Source of the DNA: an uncultured Alphaproteobacteria bacterium
Lineage (GTDB): Bacteria > Pseudomonadota > Alphaproteobacteria > CAAHEQ01 > UBA3637
DNA length: 64,000 nt
Reading direction: 5' to 3'
Assembly: GCA_934202735.1 (NCBI GenBank)
Contig: CAKPYH010000001.1
Coordinates: forward strand, 75,614-139,613
In this document: in pieces, positions 20,788 through 31,656 of the stretch
Position numbering within the stretch: position 1 is the first letter of the stretch
Layout: every line of letters begins with the position of its first letter
Notes under the pieces: generated by a model
What the model saw: only the letters and a program-made list of their open reading frames with translations
Told to the model about the DNA's origin: nothing
The model's database searches: none
Program-made: the position numbers and the translations under genes

Positions 20788-21615
20788 CTAAGCCTTCTTA
20801 ACCGCATGACGAGAGCGCACAATAAGCGCATCAGTCCGCTTGTTATTACGTGTTTTCTTACCTTTCGTCTTCCAGCCCCAGGGGGATACAGGTTGACGAC
20901 CGCCGTTTGTCCGACCACCATGCGGGTGATCCACCGGGTTCATGGCGATACCGCGGACGGACGGACGAATCCCCATCCAACGGGCGCGACCGGCTTTTGC
21001 CATCACGGTGTTTTGGTTATCCGGATTGGACACCGCACCGATAGACGCAAAGCATTCACCGCGCACCAAGCGCAATTCACCCGAGTTCAAACGAATTTGG
21101 GCATAACCGGCATCTTTACCGATCAGCTGGGCATAACAACCGGCCGAGCGAGCCAACTGGCCGCCTTTACCGGGTTGTAATTCAATGTTATGCACAATGG
21201 TTCCGACCGGCATATTTTTCAGCGGCATCGCGTTGCCCGGTTTAATATCGGCATGCATCGCGGACACGACGTTATCGCCGATCGCCAAGCGTTGCGGTGC
21301 CAAAATATAAGCCAATTCACCGTCCGTGTACTTCACCAAAGCGATGAAAGCCGTCCGATTCGGATCGTATTCCAAACGTTCCACAGTGGCCGGCATATCC
21401 ATTTTTTGACGCTTAAAGTCAATCAAACGATAGGCTTTTTTATGACCGCCGCCCCGCCGCCGGGATGTAATATGCCCGTGGTTGTTGCGACCGCCCGTGC
21501 TGTTTTTGCCTTCGGTCAACGTTTTGACCGGAGAACCCTTGTGCAAATCAGACCGGTCAATCCCGACCAGGTGTCTGTTCGCATTTGTTGTCGGTTTGTA
21601 TGTTTTTAATGCCAT
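20788..21615 (-). CDS. rplB: 50S ribosomal protein L2
   Basis: [37 protein letters not shown]... and ...HPHGGGEG-like [15 protein letters not shown]. Confidence 0.94.
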   Translation of the reverse strand: MALKTYKPTTNANRHLVGIDRSDLHKGSPVKTLTEGKNSTGGRNNHGHITSRRRGGGHKKAYRLIDFKRQKMDMPATVERLEYDPNRTAFIALVKYTDGELAYILAPQRLAIGDNVVSAMHADIKPGNAMPLKNMPVGTIVHNIELQPGKGGQLARSAGCYAQLIGKDAGYAQIRLNSGELRLVRGECFASIGAVSNPDNQNTVMAKAGRARWMGIRPSVRGIAMNPVDHPHGGRTNGGRQPVSPWGWKTKGKKTRNNKRTDALIVRSRHAVKKA

Positions 21616-21617
21616 AT

Positions 21618-21938
21618 CTAAATCCCCGCTGTGACATCAATGCTTTGACCTTCGGCCAAAGTCACGATGGCTTTCTTAACTTCGCTGCGTACACCTTTCC
21701 GTCCGCGGAAAACTTTTTGTTTCCCGTCTTGACGCAGAGTGTTCACGGCTTTTACTTTCACACCGAACACAGATTCAACCGCTTTTTTAATTTCCGGCTT
21801 GGTCGCATCCAGGGCCACCTGGAAAACGACTTGATTATGTTCGGAACCCTTCATCGCCTTTTCCGTAATCACGGGCCGACGAATCACATTGTAAGATTCG
21901 TTAGCAACGGCTTCGGTTTGTTTTACTTTTTTAATCAT
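21618..21938 (-). CDS. rplW: 50S ribosomal protein L23
   Basis: ...[40 protein letters not shown]... Confidence 0.92.
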   Translation of the reverse strand: MIKKVKQTEAVANESYNVIRRPVITEKAMKGSEHNQVVFQVALDATKPEIKKAVESVFGVKVKAVNTLRQDGKQKVFRGRKGVRSEVKKAIVTLAEGQSIDVTAGI

Positions 21939-22555
21939 TTCAAACGACCTTCCAGTTGCGCCACGGCATCTTTGGACAACACCAACACATCGCGGCGAAC
22001 AATATCATAGACATTTGCGCCTTGCACCGGCAACACGTCCACATTGACGACATTCCGGGCGGACAAAGCAAAGTTTTCATCCAACTTTTCGCCACCGACG
22101 AACAAAGCCGAACCCCAACCGTTTTGTTTGAACGATTTTTGGAACGCTTTGGTGTTGGGTTTTTGGGCGGTCATATCGTCCAAAATGAACAACTTGCCGT
22201 CTTTGGCCTTCATGGACAGAGCCACACGCATAGCCAACGCACGAATCTTTTTGGTCAAACCATACGCATGCGAACGCACCACCGGGCCGAACACGACACC
22301 GCCGTGATACATTTGCGGCGCACGGTGCAACCCTTGACGGGCACGACCGGTCCCTTTTTGTTTGAACGGTTTACGACCGTCTCCACTGACTTCACCGACA
22401 TCTTTGGTTTTATGAGTGCCTTGCCGGCGTTTGTCCAACTGCCATTGAATGACACGGGCCAACACGCCTTTGTTCAAATCCACACCAAAAACGGAATCGG
22501 CCAATTCAATGGAACCAACGGATTTTGCATCTAAATTGATAACATCATATTTCAT
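21935..22555 (-). CDS. rplD: 50S ribosomal protein L4
   Basis: 206 aa. ...[32 protein letters not shown]... Overlaps the rplW start by 4 nt. Confidence 0.92.
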   Translation of the reverse strand: MKYDVINLDAKSVGSIELADSVFGVDLNKGVLARVIQWQLDKRRQGTHKTKDVGEVSGDGRKPFKQKGTGRARQGLHRAPQMYHGGVVFGPVVRSHAYGLTKKIRALAMRVALSMKAKDGKLFILDDMTAQKPNTKAFQKSFKQNGWGSALFVGGEKLDENFALSARNVVNVDVLPVQGANVYDIVRRDVLVLSKDAVAQLEGRLK

Positions 22556-22558
22556 GGC

Positions 22559-23287
22559 TTATTCCTTCACTGCTGTTGCTTCGGCAGGTGTTTCCGCCGG
22601 TTGTTCCGCCGCCGCTTTGGCCTTTAATCCGGCCGGCAGAGGCAGGTTCGCCTGATTGGAAACCTTTACCGCATCTGTTATTGTTACAATGCCCGTATCA
22701 AAGCCCGGAACGCTGCCCTTAACCATTACCAGATTTCTGGCTTCGTCAATGGCCATCACTTCCAAGTTTTGGACCGTGGTTTGATAGTTGCCCATCTGAC
22801 CCGGCATTTTCAAGTTTTTGAAGACCTTACCCGGCCATTCGCGTTGCCCCGTGGACCCGCCCGAACGATGAGTTCTGGACGCCCCGTGCGTCGCGTTATC
22901 ACCACTGAAATGATATTTTTTCATCACCCCGGCATAGCCTTTACCTAATGAGACACCCGTCACATCTACCTTTTGGCCGACCACAAAGTGCGAAGCACTC
23001 AGTTCCGAGCCAACCGGAATGACACAATCATCCGACACGCGGAATTCAATCAATGTCTTTTTCGGTTCAACTTTTGCCTTGGCGAAATGCCCGATTTGCG
23101 GCTTGGCAACATTTTTGGCTTTCGCCTTGCCACAGCCTAATTGGACAGCGACATACCCATCACGTTCCATGGTCCGGACATCAACGACGGTACTGTCCAC
23201 TTTCAGGACCGTTACCGGAACGCGATTTCCGTTATCTTGGAACAGACTGGTCATGCCGACTTTTTCTGCAATTACACCTGAACGCAT
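22559..23287 (-). CDS. rplC: 50S ribosomal protein L3 (Ala/Glu-rich C-terminal tail)
   Basis: [30 protein letters not shown]... Start assigned to ATG 23287, with AGGA 9 nt upstream, rather than the track ATG 23320, which would overlap rpsJ. Confidence 0.92.
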   Translation of the reverse strand: MRSGVIAEKVGMTSLFQDNGNRVPVTVLKVDSTVVDVRTMERDGYVAVQLGCGKAKAKNVAKPQIGHFAKAKVEPKKTLIEFRVSDDCVIPVGSELSASHFVVGQKVDVTGVSLGKGYAGVMKKYHFSGDNATHGASRTHRSGGSTGQREWPGKVFKNLKMPGQMGNYQTTVQNLEVMAIDEARNLVMVKGSVPGFDTGIVTITDAVKVSNQANLPLPAGLKAKAAAEQPAETPAEATAVKE

Positions 23288-23300
23288 AGTCTTTTTTCCT

Positions 23301-23609
23301 TTATACTTTAATCTCAACATCTACACCGGCGGCGAGGTCCAGTTTCATCAGGGCATCAACCGTTTGCGGTGTCGGATCAATAATGTCAAGCACCCGCTTG
23401 TGGGTTCTGATTTCAAACTGTTCACGTGACTTTTTATCAACGTGCACGGAACGGTTCACGGTAAATTTTTCAATACGGGTCGGCAAGGGCACGGGTCCGA
23501 TGACTTCGGCCCCGGTCCGCTTTGCCGTATTGACGATCTCACGGGTTGATTGATCCAACAACCTGTGGTCAAACGCTTTTAATCTGATACGAATATTTTG
23601 GCTTTCCAT
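23301..23609 (-). CDS. rpsJ: 30S ribosomal protein S10
   Basis: [72 protein letters not shown]... Confidence 0.95.
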   Translation of the reverse strand: MESQNIRIRLKAFDHRLLDQSTREIVNTAKRTGAEVIGPVPLPTRIEKFTVNRSVHVDKKSREQFEIRTHKRVLDIIDPTPQTVDALMKLDLAAGVDVEIKV

Positions 23610-23623
23610 AACTATTTCCTTTC

Positions 23624-25702
23624 TTATCCGGCCATCTTTGCTTTAATTTCATCGGCGACCATTTGCGGCACATCGGCATAGTGGGCAAATTGCATCGTGT
23701 ATTGCGCACGACCTTGGCTCATGGACCGCAACGTGTTCACATAACCGAACATGTTGGCCAAAGGCACAGTCGCATCAATCACACGGGCATTCCCGCGTTG
23801 ATCCATACCGGACACTTGCCCGCGGCGCGAGTTCAAGTCCCCGATAATATCACCCATGTATTCTTCCGGAGTCACGATTTCAACCTTCATAATCGGTTCC
23901 AACAACTTGGGACCGGCCTTGGCCATACCTTCACGGAAGGCAGCCCGAGCCGCGATTTCAAAGGCCATTGTGGACGAGTCCACATCGTGATACGCCCCGT
24001 CATACAGGTTCGCCTTAAAGTCAGTGCAAGGGAAGCCGGCCAAAACGCCGCTTTCCAAAGAAGCCCGCAAGCCTTTTTCAACACCCGGAATGTATTCTTT
24101 GGGTACCGATCCGCCGACAACCGTGTTTTCAAACACAAAGCCGGATCCCGGAGGCAACGGTTCAAACTTGATCCGCACGCGGGCAAATTGACCCGAACCG
24201 CCGGATTGTTTCTTGTGTGTATAGTCTTCGTCATAGACTTTAGAAATGGTTTCGCGATAGGCCACTTGCGGCGCACCGACATTGGCTTCTACCTTGAATT
24301 CCCGTTTCAAGCGGTCCACAATGATTTCCAAGTGCAATTCGCCCATCCCTTTAATGATGGTTTGCCCCGTTTCAACATTAGAGGACACACGGAAAGACGG
24401 ATCTTCCATCGCCAAGCGATTCAAAGCCAAGCCCATCTTTTCCACGTCTACTTTGGTTTTCGGTTCCACGGCAATTTCAATCACCGGATCCGGGAAATCC
24501 ATTTTTTCCAAGACGACTTTCAGATTATCCCCGCACAGGGTATCCCCTGTCGTGGTATCTTTCAAGCCCACCAACGCCACAATATCGCCGGCATTGGCTT
24601 CTTTGATTTCTTCCCGGTGGTTGGCATGCATCAATAACATACGACCGATTCGTTCTTTTTTATCCTTGACGGTGTTTGTAACATAAGATCCGCTGGTCAA
24701 TGTCCCCTGATACACCCGTAAAAAGGTCAAAGAACCTACAAACGGGTCATTCATAATTTTAAAGGCTAAACCGGCAAACGGCTTGTTGTCCACAGATTCA
24801 CACTTGTATTCCGTATCAGTGCCGGCCAACACGCCATGCGCCTGCGGAATATCAATCGGTGACGGCAAGTAATCCACCACCGCGTCCAGCAACGGTTGCA
24901 CACCTTTGTTCTTAAAGGCAGAACCGCACAATACCGGCACGAAAGATTGAGCAATCGTCCCTTTACGGATACACTTTTTCAAGGTGTCCATATCGGGTTC
25001 TTTCCCTTCCAAATAGGCTTCCATTGCCGCATCATCCATTTCAACGGCCATTTCCACCAATTCGTTATAGTACTTATCCGCATCGGCTTTCAGGTCCGCC
25101 GGAATATCCTGATATTCAAAACTGGCCCCCAAGTCTTCGGAATGCCAAATGATGGCACGCTTGTTCAAAACATCAACGATACCCTTAAATTCGGCTTCGG
25201 CCCCGATCGGCAACGCCATCACCATCGGACGCGCGCCCAAGCGGGTTTTAATCATCTCTACACACCGCAAAAAGTTGGCACCGATTCGGTCCATCTTATT
25301 GGCAAAGCAGATCCGGGGAACACCGTATTTATCGGCTTGCCGCCACACGGTTTCGGATTGCGGTTCCACACCGGCCACGCCGTCAAAAACCGCCACAGCC
25401 CCGTCCAACACGCGCAAGCACCGTTCCACTTCAACCGTGAAGTCCACGTGGCCCGGCGTGTCAATAACGTTGATTCGGTGGCCTTTCCAGAAAGCCGTTG
25501 TCGCGGCCGATGTAATCGTGATCCCGCGTTCTTGTTCCTGTTCCATCCAGTCCATCGTGGCACCGCCGTCATGGACTTCACCGATTTTGTGAGTTTTACC
25601 CGTATAATACAAAATACGTTCGGTTGTGGTTGTTTTACCGGCATCAATATGTGCCATAATACCGATGTTTCTGTATTTTTCAATGGGAGTTGTTCTTGCC
25701 AT
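23624..25702 (-). CDS. fusA: translation elongation factor G
   Basis: 692 aa. [24 protein letters not shown]...[27 protein letters not shown]... Its stop is 15 nt upstream of the rpsJ start. Confidence 0.96.
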   Translation of the reverse strand: MARTTPIEKYRNIGIMAHIDAGKTTTTERILYYTGKTHKIGEVHDGGATMDWMEQEQERGITITSAATTAFWKGHRINVIDTPGHVDFTVEVERCLRVLDGAVAVFDGVAGVEPQSETVWRQADKYGVPRICFANKMDRIGANFLRCVEMIKTRLGARPMVMALPIGAEAEFKGIVDVLNKRAIIWHSEDLGASFEYQDIPADLKADADKYYNELVEMAVEMDDAAMEAYLEGKEPDMDTLKKCIRKGTIAQSFVPVLCGSAFKNKGVQPLLDAVVDYLPSPIDIPQAHGVLAGTDTEYKCESVDNKPFAGLAFKIMNDPFVGSLTFLRVYQGTLTSGSYVTNTVKDKKERIGRMLLMHANHREEIKEANAGDIVALVGLKDTTTGDTLCGDNLKVVLEKMDFPDPVIEIAVEPKTKVDVEKMGLALNRLAMEDPSFRVSSNVETGQTIIKGMGELHLEIIVDRLKREFKVEANVGAPQVAYRETISKVYDEDYTHKKQSGGSGQFARVRIKFEPLPPGSGFVFENTVVGGSVPKEYIPGVEKGLRASLESGVLAGFPCTDFKANLYDGAYHDVDSSTMAFEIAARAAFREGMAKAGPKLLEPIMKVEIVTPEEYMGDIIGDLNSRRGQVSGMDQRGNARVIDATVPLANMFGYVNTLRSMSQGRAQYTMQFAHYADVPQMVADEIKAKMAG

Positions 25703-25711
25703 GTGTTTCTC

Positions 25712-26182
25712 CTACCATTTAAAGTGGGCAAAGGCCTTGTTCGCATCGGCCATACGGTGAGTATCTTCGCGCTTGCGAATCGCTGTGCCGCGGTTGTTAT
25801 AGGCATCTTGCAATTCATTGAACAAGCGTTGTTCCATCGTGTTTTCACTCCGTCCGCGGGCGGCACCGATAATCCAACGGATAGCCAAAGCCTGTTGACG
25901 GTCCGGACGCACTTCTGTCGGCACCTGATAAGTGGCACCGCCAACCCGGCGAGAACGCACTTCCACCAACGGTTTTATGTTGTTCAAAGCATCTTTGAAC
26001 ACTTCCAAAGCCGGCTTGTTGATTTTGTTTTCCAGTTCGCTCATCGCGCCGTACAAAATTTCTTCGGCAACACTTTTTTTGCCGTCATACATCAAACTGT
26101 TCATAAATTTAGCCACCACGATGTCGTTATACTTGGCATCGGGGGTTACTTCACGTTTTGTAGCTGCATGTCTGCGTGACAT
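25712..26182 (-). CDS. rpsG: 30S ribosomal protein S7
   Basis: [46 protein letters not shown]... Confidence 0.95.
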   Translation of the reverse strand: MSRRHAATKREVTPDAKYNDIVVAKFMNSLMYDGKKSVAEEILYGAMSELENKINKPALEVFKDALNNIKPLVEVRSRRVGGATYQVPTEVRPDRQQALAIRWIIGAARGRSENTMEQRLFNELQDAYNNRGTAIRKREDTHRMADANKAFAHFKW

Positions 26183-26200
26183 AATCTTATCTCCTTGACC

Positions 26201-26572
26201 TTATTTAGGACGCTTTGCACCGTACAAAGAACGGGCTTGTTTACGATTGGCAACGCCTTGAGTATCCAGCGTCCCGCGGATAATATGATACCGAACACCG
26301 GGCAAGTCCTTGACACGACCGCCACGGATCATCACAACCGAGTGTTCCTGCAAGTTATGCCCTTCACCGGGGATATAACTTGTAACTTCAAAACCGTTTG
26401 TTAAACGAACACGGGCCACTTTACGCAAAGCGGAGTTCGGTTTTTTCGGGGTCGTTGTATAGACACGCGTACAAACACCGCGCTTTTGCGGGCACGCATT
26501 CAAAGCGGGAACTTTGTTCCGCTTGACCTGTTGTTTCCGTGATTTACGGACCAGTTGGTTAATTGTAGGCAT
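26201..26572 (-). CDS. rpsL: 30S ribosomal protein S12
   Basis: [57 protein letters not shown]... Confidence 0.96.
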   Translation of the reverse strand: MPTINQLVRKSRKQQVKRNKVPALNACPQKRGVCTRVYTTTPKKPNSALRKVARVRLTNGFEVTSYIPGEGHNLQEHSVVMIRGGRVKDLPGVRYHIIRGTLDTQGVANRKQARSLYGAKRPK

Positions 26573-26794
26573 TAAATTTATTCCTTCATTCTACCTATTA
26601 CAAAAAAATCTCTCATCAACCCGTTTCGGGCGGACAAAAGTGCTCTGACATCTCAACAATAAAGTGCTTTTATCATTGATAACTTGCGGAAACCGGCGCG
26701 GACAATCAACCGTTTCGGCCCAAAAGTTATCCTTATTAAAGCATATTTTTGGCTTTTAGTCAAGTCTTTTTTTATAGTTAGGCACAAAAAAAGG

Positions 26795-27142
26795 TTATTC
26801 TTTACCCTGAGCCTGTGCGATTTTCAAAAAAGAATTCAAAGCCGACACATATTCGGGAGACTGATCTTGCAAGTTCAAGAACAGATCTGTCAATTCCGGC
26901 GAAAATTGCTCATACTGCAAAATGCCGCGATCCATGAATAATTGGTACACATCGGTCCCCAACGCGGTTGCGATTTCGTCCAACGTACTGATTTTCGTAC
27001 TGGCCATCGCGTTTTCCAGTTGACAAACCATCTCAACGGTTTTATTGATTTTTTCGGCCAGTTGCGCCTGCGTCATCCGCCGTTCTTTTCTCAACCGCCG
27101 AATATTACGAGATAAAATTAAAAGTGAATTCTTTTTGATCAT
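26795..27142 (-). CDS. XRE-family (Cro/C1-type HTH) transcriptional regulator, 115 aa
   Basis: ...IRRLRKERRMTQAQLAEKINKTVEMVCQLENAMASTKISTLDEIATALGTDVYQLF... Immediately upstream of the str operon promoter region. Confidence 0.7.
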   Translation of the reverse strand: MIKKNSLLILSRNIRRLRKERRMTQAQLAEKINKTVEMVCQLENAMASTKISTLDEIATALGTDVYQLFMDRGILQYEQFSPELTDLFLNLQDQSPEYVSALNSFLKIAQAQGKE

Positions 27143-27307
27143 ATTGGTATTATCGGTTAAATAATTTCATTTTACAATGTATTGAAAATTATATTTATTT
27201 ACTATTTTATGTACATTCTTAAACTAAAAGTTATTTTTTGAAAATCAGATCTCTCTTTATTTTTAAAATAGGGACGTATATCCCGTAAAACCATACGCTT
27301 TTCGGAT

Positions 27308-27331
27308 AAAAAAAAGGACCGTGCCGGGTCC
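27308..27331 (-). terminator. rho-independent terminator after the 112-aa secreted-protein gene
   Basis: Hairpin GGACCGTGCCGGGTCC followed on the minus strand by T8 (A8 on the plus strand at 27308-27315). Confidence 0.6.
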
Positions 27332-27358
27332 TGCTGTTCCAACCGTGTTGCCGAAAGT

Positions 27359-27697
27359 TCAGGGTGTGCCGGACAAAGTCATATCAAACCGGATGCGTCC
27401 CGTCATCGGATACGAGATTCGCATTTGATCACCTGCACGTTCAAAAAAATCAGGTGTCTGACGGGTCCACCCCAGGGCCGTCAAGGTATCGGCGTAAAAC
27501 GTACGCACCGCCGCCGGTGTCGTTTTCAGGGTTCCTTCAAAAATCAAAATTTGTCCGGCCGGTGTATCAAAGGAAAAGTCGGCCGTATCATCCAACACAA
27601 TCCCATCGGCCAAAGGGATATCTTCCGTGCCGGGGAAAAAGGCGGCTCCGGCCCCGAGTGCCAGCCAAGTCAACAGGAAACACAGGGCATATCGCAT
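27359..27697 (-). CDS. hypothetical secreted protein (112 aa)
   Basis: MRYALCFLLTWLALGAGAAFFPGTEDIPLADG... Signal peptide. No recognised family. Confidence 0.5.
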   Translation of the reverse strand: MRYALCFLLTWLALGAGAAFFPGTEDIPLADGIVLDDTADFSFDTPAGQILIFEGTLKTTPAAVRTFYADTLTALGWTRQTPDFFERAGDQMRISYPMTGRIRFDMTLSGTP

Positions 27698-27706
27698 GAT
27701 CCCCCC

Positions 27707-28405
27707 TTATCGCCGATCAGCTTCGGAAAACAACGTTCCATGCGGCACGGCGCGTTGTGCAATCTGTTCGGCCGCCGTTAAAGACCGGCGGGGTTTTCCG
27801 TCTGTTTTTTTGGTTTTCAGGCCCAAAATCATATCCAATTCTTCATTGATACGGTCCAGTTCCGCCTGTTTTTGATCCACCCGCCGTTGTTGAGCTTCCA
27901 ATTCGTTCCGATAGCGACTGCTGATACCGGGTAGAGCTTGTGTAATGGATGCCGTGGCCAACTCAATTTCTTGTGTCGTTAAAAAGCGTTCCAAAATCAA
28001 CGCCAAACGTTCGGCTTCTTCATGCCCGTTCAAAGAAGCCAAAAAAGCCCACCGATAGGCACTTAAATCATCTTGGGGGAGTACAAAGCCTTTGGAATAC
28101 AACTGTGCCACCCGATACTGGGCCGGCACATTTCCCAACACCGCCGCCGCAATCAAACAATATCCGGCCTTATTACGAACCGTTGGATCCACATCCAGCA
28201 AGAATGCTTCCCCCCGCTCGCGCATCTCCTCGGCCGTTGGCATAAAGACACCGCCCCGATTTTCATCAAACACGCCATCACATTCGGCCGGGATAGGGGC
28301 TTCTTGATTACCGTCATCATAATTCCAAAAAGCCAACTGTGCCCGCACCGACAGGGCCGTCAACAGGGCAATACCCATGATCAAAACAAAACCGGTCTTT
28401 TTCAT
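27707..28405 (-). CDS. secreted Sel1-like repeat protein with C-terminal coiled coil (232 aa)
   Basis: Signal peptide MKKTGFVLIMGIALLTALSVRAQ. Sel1-type motif ...GNVPAQYRVAQLYSKGFVLPQDDLSAYRWAFLASLNGHEEAE... Heptad-like C-terminus. Confidence 0.55.
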   Translation of the reverse strand: MKKTGFVLIMGIALLTALSVRAQLAFWNYDDGNQEAPIPAECDGVFDENRGGVFMPTAEEMRERGEAFLLDVDPTVRNKAGYCLIAAAVLGNVPAQYRVAQLYSKGFVLPQDDLSAYRWAFLASLNGHEEAERLALILERFLTTQEIELATASITQALPGISSRYRNELEAQQRRVDQKQAELDRINEELDMILGLKTKKTDGKPRRSLTAAEQIAQRAVPHGTLFSEADRR

Positions 28406-28475
28406 TGTTGTAATCCTTTTACCTCATCTTTCTTTTCTTTATAACCCGTTTTTTTTTGAAAATCAAGGGGAAAAA

Positions 28476-30287
28476 TTATACACCCGCCGCCGGTGTCTTT
28501 TTTTCTGCCTGCCACCACCATAATACATCTGTTCCTTTCATCGGTATAACTGACGGCATACCGAACCGATCGCGGTAAAAATAGCGGTGCTCGGGCGTGT
28601 ACCAATGCGGAATCACAAAGTTTAAGGACAACAACACACGATCCAGTGCCTGAACGGCGGCCAGATGCTTGGCTTGGGTATCGGCAGCCACAATTTTTTC
28701 AATCAACGCATCTACAGCCGGATTTTTCACACCGGCATAATTCAAACTGCCCGGTGTATCAGCGGCGGCCGACCCCCAAAAATAGCGTTGTTCGTTACCC
28801 GGGGAAAAGGATTGCCCCCACACCGCCACAATCATATCATAATCATAGGAATCCAGGCGGTTTTTGTATTGAATACTGTCCACCGTACGAATATCGGCCT
28901 GAATACCTAACCGGCTTAAACGATCGGTAAAGGGCAAAACGACCCGTTCCCACACCATACCCGATGCCGCATCCAGCAAAATTTCAAACCGGAACGGTTG
29001 TCCCGCCTTATTGCGCAAGACTCCGCGCCGATCCACCTGCCAACCGGCCTGTTTTAACAAGGCCAACGCCTGCCCCAGGTTTTGGCGCATATCGGACTCC
29101 GGTGTCAGGCGCGGTAAAGCGTCCCAAGCCGCCGCCGGTATATCTTTTCGCAACGGTTCCATGATGGCGCGTTCCGCGGCGGACGGTTTTCCCGTTGCTT
29201 TCAGGTAAGCGTTTTCAAAAAAACTGCCCGTACGCCGATAGGCCCCGTAAAACAAATGACGGTTCGTCCAATCAAAATCAAAAGCCCGGGCCAACGCCTG
29301 ACGTACCCGGATATCTTGAAAAATCGGGCGGCGCAGGTTATAGACAAACCCCTGCATTCCCGCCGGCATTTGATGGGGAAAAATCCGTGCTTTCAAGGCC
29401 CCCGTTCGCACGGCTTCGGATTGGTTCAAGGCATCCCACTTTTTCGCTTCGTTTTCAAACCGGACATCTATCAAGCCCGCCTTTAACGCTTCCACCGCAA
29501 CGGTCGTATCCCGATACACGTCATATCGGATTTCGTCAAAGTTATACATCCCCCGATTGACATTCAAATCGCGCGCCCAATAATCGGGATTTTTCCGATA
29601 CACAATGGATCGGCCGGGCACCAGGCTTTGAATCCGGTACGGCCCCGATGACACGGGTATATCCAAATCGGTTTTGGTAAAATCACGTCCTTGCCACCAC
29701 GCCCGGGATAAAACCGGCAATTCCCCCAAAATCAAAGGCAGTTCCCGATTATGTCCTTGCCCCAGATGAAACACAACGGTCAGCGAATCAGGCGTTTCCA
29801 CACGGGCCACATCACGGTAATAAGCCCGATAGGCCGGCACCCCTTGATCCCGCAACCGTTCAAAAGAAAACACCACATCATCGGCGGTAATGGGCGACCC
29901 GTCCGAAAAGCGGGCCCGGGGATTGATATGAAAAGCCACCCGAGTTCGGTCGGGGGATATATCCACCTCATCGGCAATCAAGCCGTACAAGGTAAACGGT
30001 TCATCGGCACTGCTTTTCATCAACGTATCGTGCGTCAGGCCGATTCCTGCCGGTGCGATTCCGTTCAAGACAAAGGGATTCAGGGTATCAAAAGCCCCAT
30101 AAGCCGCCTGCCGCAACACACCCCCGTGGGGAGCATCGGGATTGACATAGTCAAAGGCCGTAAATCCGGCGGGGTATTTGGGATCGCCGTACAGGGCTAC
30201 ACCGTGTGTCGGAACGGCTCCGGCGGCCGCGATCCACCAACAGGCTCCCGCCACAAAAACCCTAGCGAAAATTGATATTGATTTCAT
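28476..30287 (-). CDS. ABC transporter substrate-binding protein, family 5 (Opp/Dpp/YejA-like), 603 aa, no cognate permease/ATPase genes adjacent
   Basis: Signal peptide MKSISIFARVFVAGACWWIAAAGA. Size and motifs such as ...YGAFDTLNPFVLNG... and ...DVRFENEAKKWDAL... resemble extracellular solute-binding family 5 proteins. Assignment is by memory of family features. Confidence 0.6.
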   Translation of the reverse strand: MKSISIFARVFVAGACWWIAAAGAVPTHGVALYGDPKYPAGFTAFDYVNPDAPHGGVLRQAAYGAFDTLNPFVLNGIAPAGIGLTHDTLMKSSADEPFTLYGLIADEVDISPDRTRVAFHINPRARFSDGSPITADDVVFSFERLRDQGVPAYRAYYRDVARVETPDSLTVVFHLGQGHNRELPLILGELPVLSRAWWQGRDFTKTDLDIPVSSGPYRIQSLVPGRSIVYRKNPDYWARDLNVNRGMYNFDEIRYDVYRDTTVAVEALKAGLIDVRFENEAKKWDALNQSEAVRTGALKARIFPHQMPAGMQGFVYNLRRPIFQDIRVRQALARAFDFDWTNRHLFYGAYRRTGSFFENAYLKATGKPSAAERAIMEPLRKDIPAAAWDALPRLTPESDMRQNLGQALALLKQAGWQVDRRGVLRNKAGQPFRFEILLDAASGMVWERVVLPFTDRLSRLGIQADIRTVDSIQYKNRLDSYDYDMIVAVWGQSFSPGNEQRYFWGSAAADTPGSLNYAGVKNPAVDALIEKIVAADTQAKHLAAVQALDRVLLSLNFVIPHWYTPEHRYFYRDRFGMPSVIPMKGTDVLWWWQAEKKTPAAGV

Positions 30288-30609
30288 CGGGCAATGCTAC
30301 ATTTTCATACTTGGACAGCGGTTCGTTTTTATCAATGCTCATCGTTGTTTCCGGGGGCGGCGGAGTCACAAAAGCCGATCCGGCGGCGGCTGATGCAGGC
30401 GCGGTCGGAACCGGGGAGGCCGATACCGGTTGCGCACGATCAACGGGGGCACGATCGGCCAATCGCCGATTGATTTGCATCAACGCCCGAGCAATATAAC
30501 GCAACACGATTTGTTGACGGGTTTGCACAATCCATGTATAGACAATAAACGCGATGGCCGACAACCACAATGTTCCGGACAAGACAAGCAATTTTTCAAT
30601 CAGGCTCAT
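30262..30609 (-). CDS. small membrane-anchored Pro/Ala-rich protein (115 aa)
   Basis: Start at ATG 30609 gives MSLIEKLLVLSGTLWLSAIAFIVYTWIV.... The track ATG 30720 would add an unlikely Phe-rich leader. Pro/Ala-rich middle segment. Confidence 0.45.
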   Translation of the reverse strand: MSLIEKLLVLSGTLWLSAIAFIVYTWIVQTRQQIVLRYIARALMQINRRLADRAPVDRAQPVSASPVPTAPASAAAGSAFVTPPPPETTMSIDKNEPLSKYENVALPDEININFR

Positions 30610-30696
30610 TTTCTTTTTTCCTTTGGTTGAATTTAAGACTGGACATTTTTGATTATACTCTGTATAATGGAAAAAAGCAAACTGAAAAGGAAAAAA

Positions 30697-31656
30697 ATGC
30701 AATATCTGGATTTTGAACACACCTTAATGGAAGTGGATACCAACATTGAAGCGTTAAAAATCACTCAATCCCAGCGGGGTTTAGACATCGCGGCCGAAAT
30801 GGAACGCTTGACGACCAAACGGGAACGCGTCCTGCGTCAAACCTACAAAAATTTGACCCCTTGGCAAAAGTCTTGCGTGGCCCGGCACGAAGCCCGCCCA
30901 CATACCCGGGACTATCTGCGTACGATTTTTACGGATTTTTTCCCGTTGCGCGGGGACCGATTGTTTGCGGAAGACGCGGCCATTACCGGCGGATTAGCGA
31001 AACTGAACGGTCAAACCGTCATGGTCATCGGACATGAAAAGGGGCATGATACCGACTCCCGCTTGGCACATAATTTCGGCATGGCCCGACCCGAAGGCTA
31101 TCGCAAAGCCGAACGCCTGATGCACTTGGCCGAACAATTCGGGATTCCTGTGATTACATTGATTGATACGGCGGGGGCCTATCCCGGCGTGGATGCGGAA
31201 GAACGCGGCCAAGCCCGGGCCATAGCCACCACGATTGAAGCCGGCTTAAACCTACGGGTTCCCTTGATTGCCTGTATCATCGGCGAAGGGGGCAGCGGCG
31301 GAGCCATTGCTTTGGCAACGGGCAACAGTATTCTGATGATGGAAAACGCTATTTATTCGGTTATTTCCCCGGAAGGGTGTGCGTCTATTTTATGGAAAGA
31401 TTTCAAGTATGCCCCCCAAGCGGCGGAAATTTTACATTTGACGGCTCAGGATTTATCAGAAAAAGGGCTTATTGACGAAATTATTGCCGAGCCTGTCGGT
31501 GCGGCTCATCATTTTCCGGACCAAGCCATGCAAGCGGTCGGAACGGCCTTGTCGCATCATGTGAAAAAATGGGCCGATATACCGGCCGATGAATTGATCC
31601 GCACACGTCAGGACAAGTTTCTGGCCATGACCCGGGCAGGAGAAATCAAAAAATGA
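30697..31656 (+). CDS. accA: acetyl-CoA carboxylase carboxyltransferase alpha subunit
   Basis: MQYLDFEHTLMEVDTNIEALK...GIPVITLIDTAGAYPGVDAEERGQA...IIGEGGSGGAIALA... Start ATG 30697 is preceded by AAAGGAAAAAA. Confidence 0.92.
   Translation: MQYLDFEHTLMEVDTNIEALKITQSQRGLDIAAEMERLTTKRERVLRQTYKNLTPWQKSCVARHEARPHTRDYLRTIFTDFFPLRGDRLFAEDAAITGGLAKLNGQTVMVIGHEKGHDTDSRLAHNFGMARPEGYRKAERLMHLAEQFGIPVITLIDTAGAYPGVDAEERGQARAIATTIEAGLNLRVPLIACIIGEGGSGGAIALATGNSILMMENAIYSVISPEGCASILWKDFKYAPQAAEILHLTAQDLSEKGLIDEIIAEPVGAAHHFPDQAMQAVGTALSHHVKKWADIPADELIRTRQDKFLAMTRAGEIKK

Noticed and set aside
23609-23624. Missing tuf between fusA and rpsJ as an assembly error or deletion
   Set aside because: The 15-nt junction is clean, and the same fusA-rpsJ linkage is a known arrangement in Rickettsia-type genomes. 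It is treated as genuine.
24896-26179. Long plus-strand ORFs (427 aa here; also 19430-20212, 23663-24637, 21956-22534, 15850-16524) running antisense to fusA, rpsG and other ribosomal genes
   Set aside because: They lie entirely opposite highly conserved, well-recognised genes and have His/Arg/Phe-rich low-complexity translations typical of antisense frames. There are no start signals.
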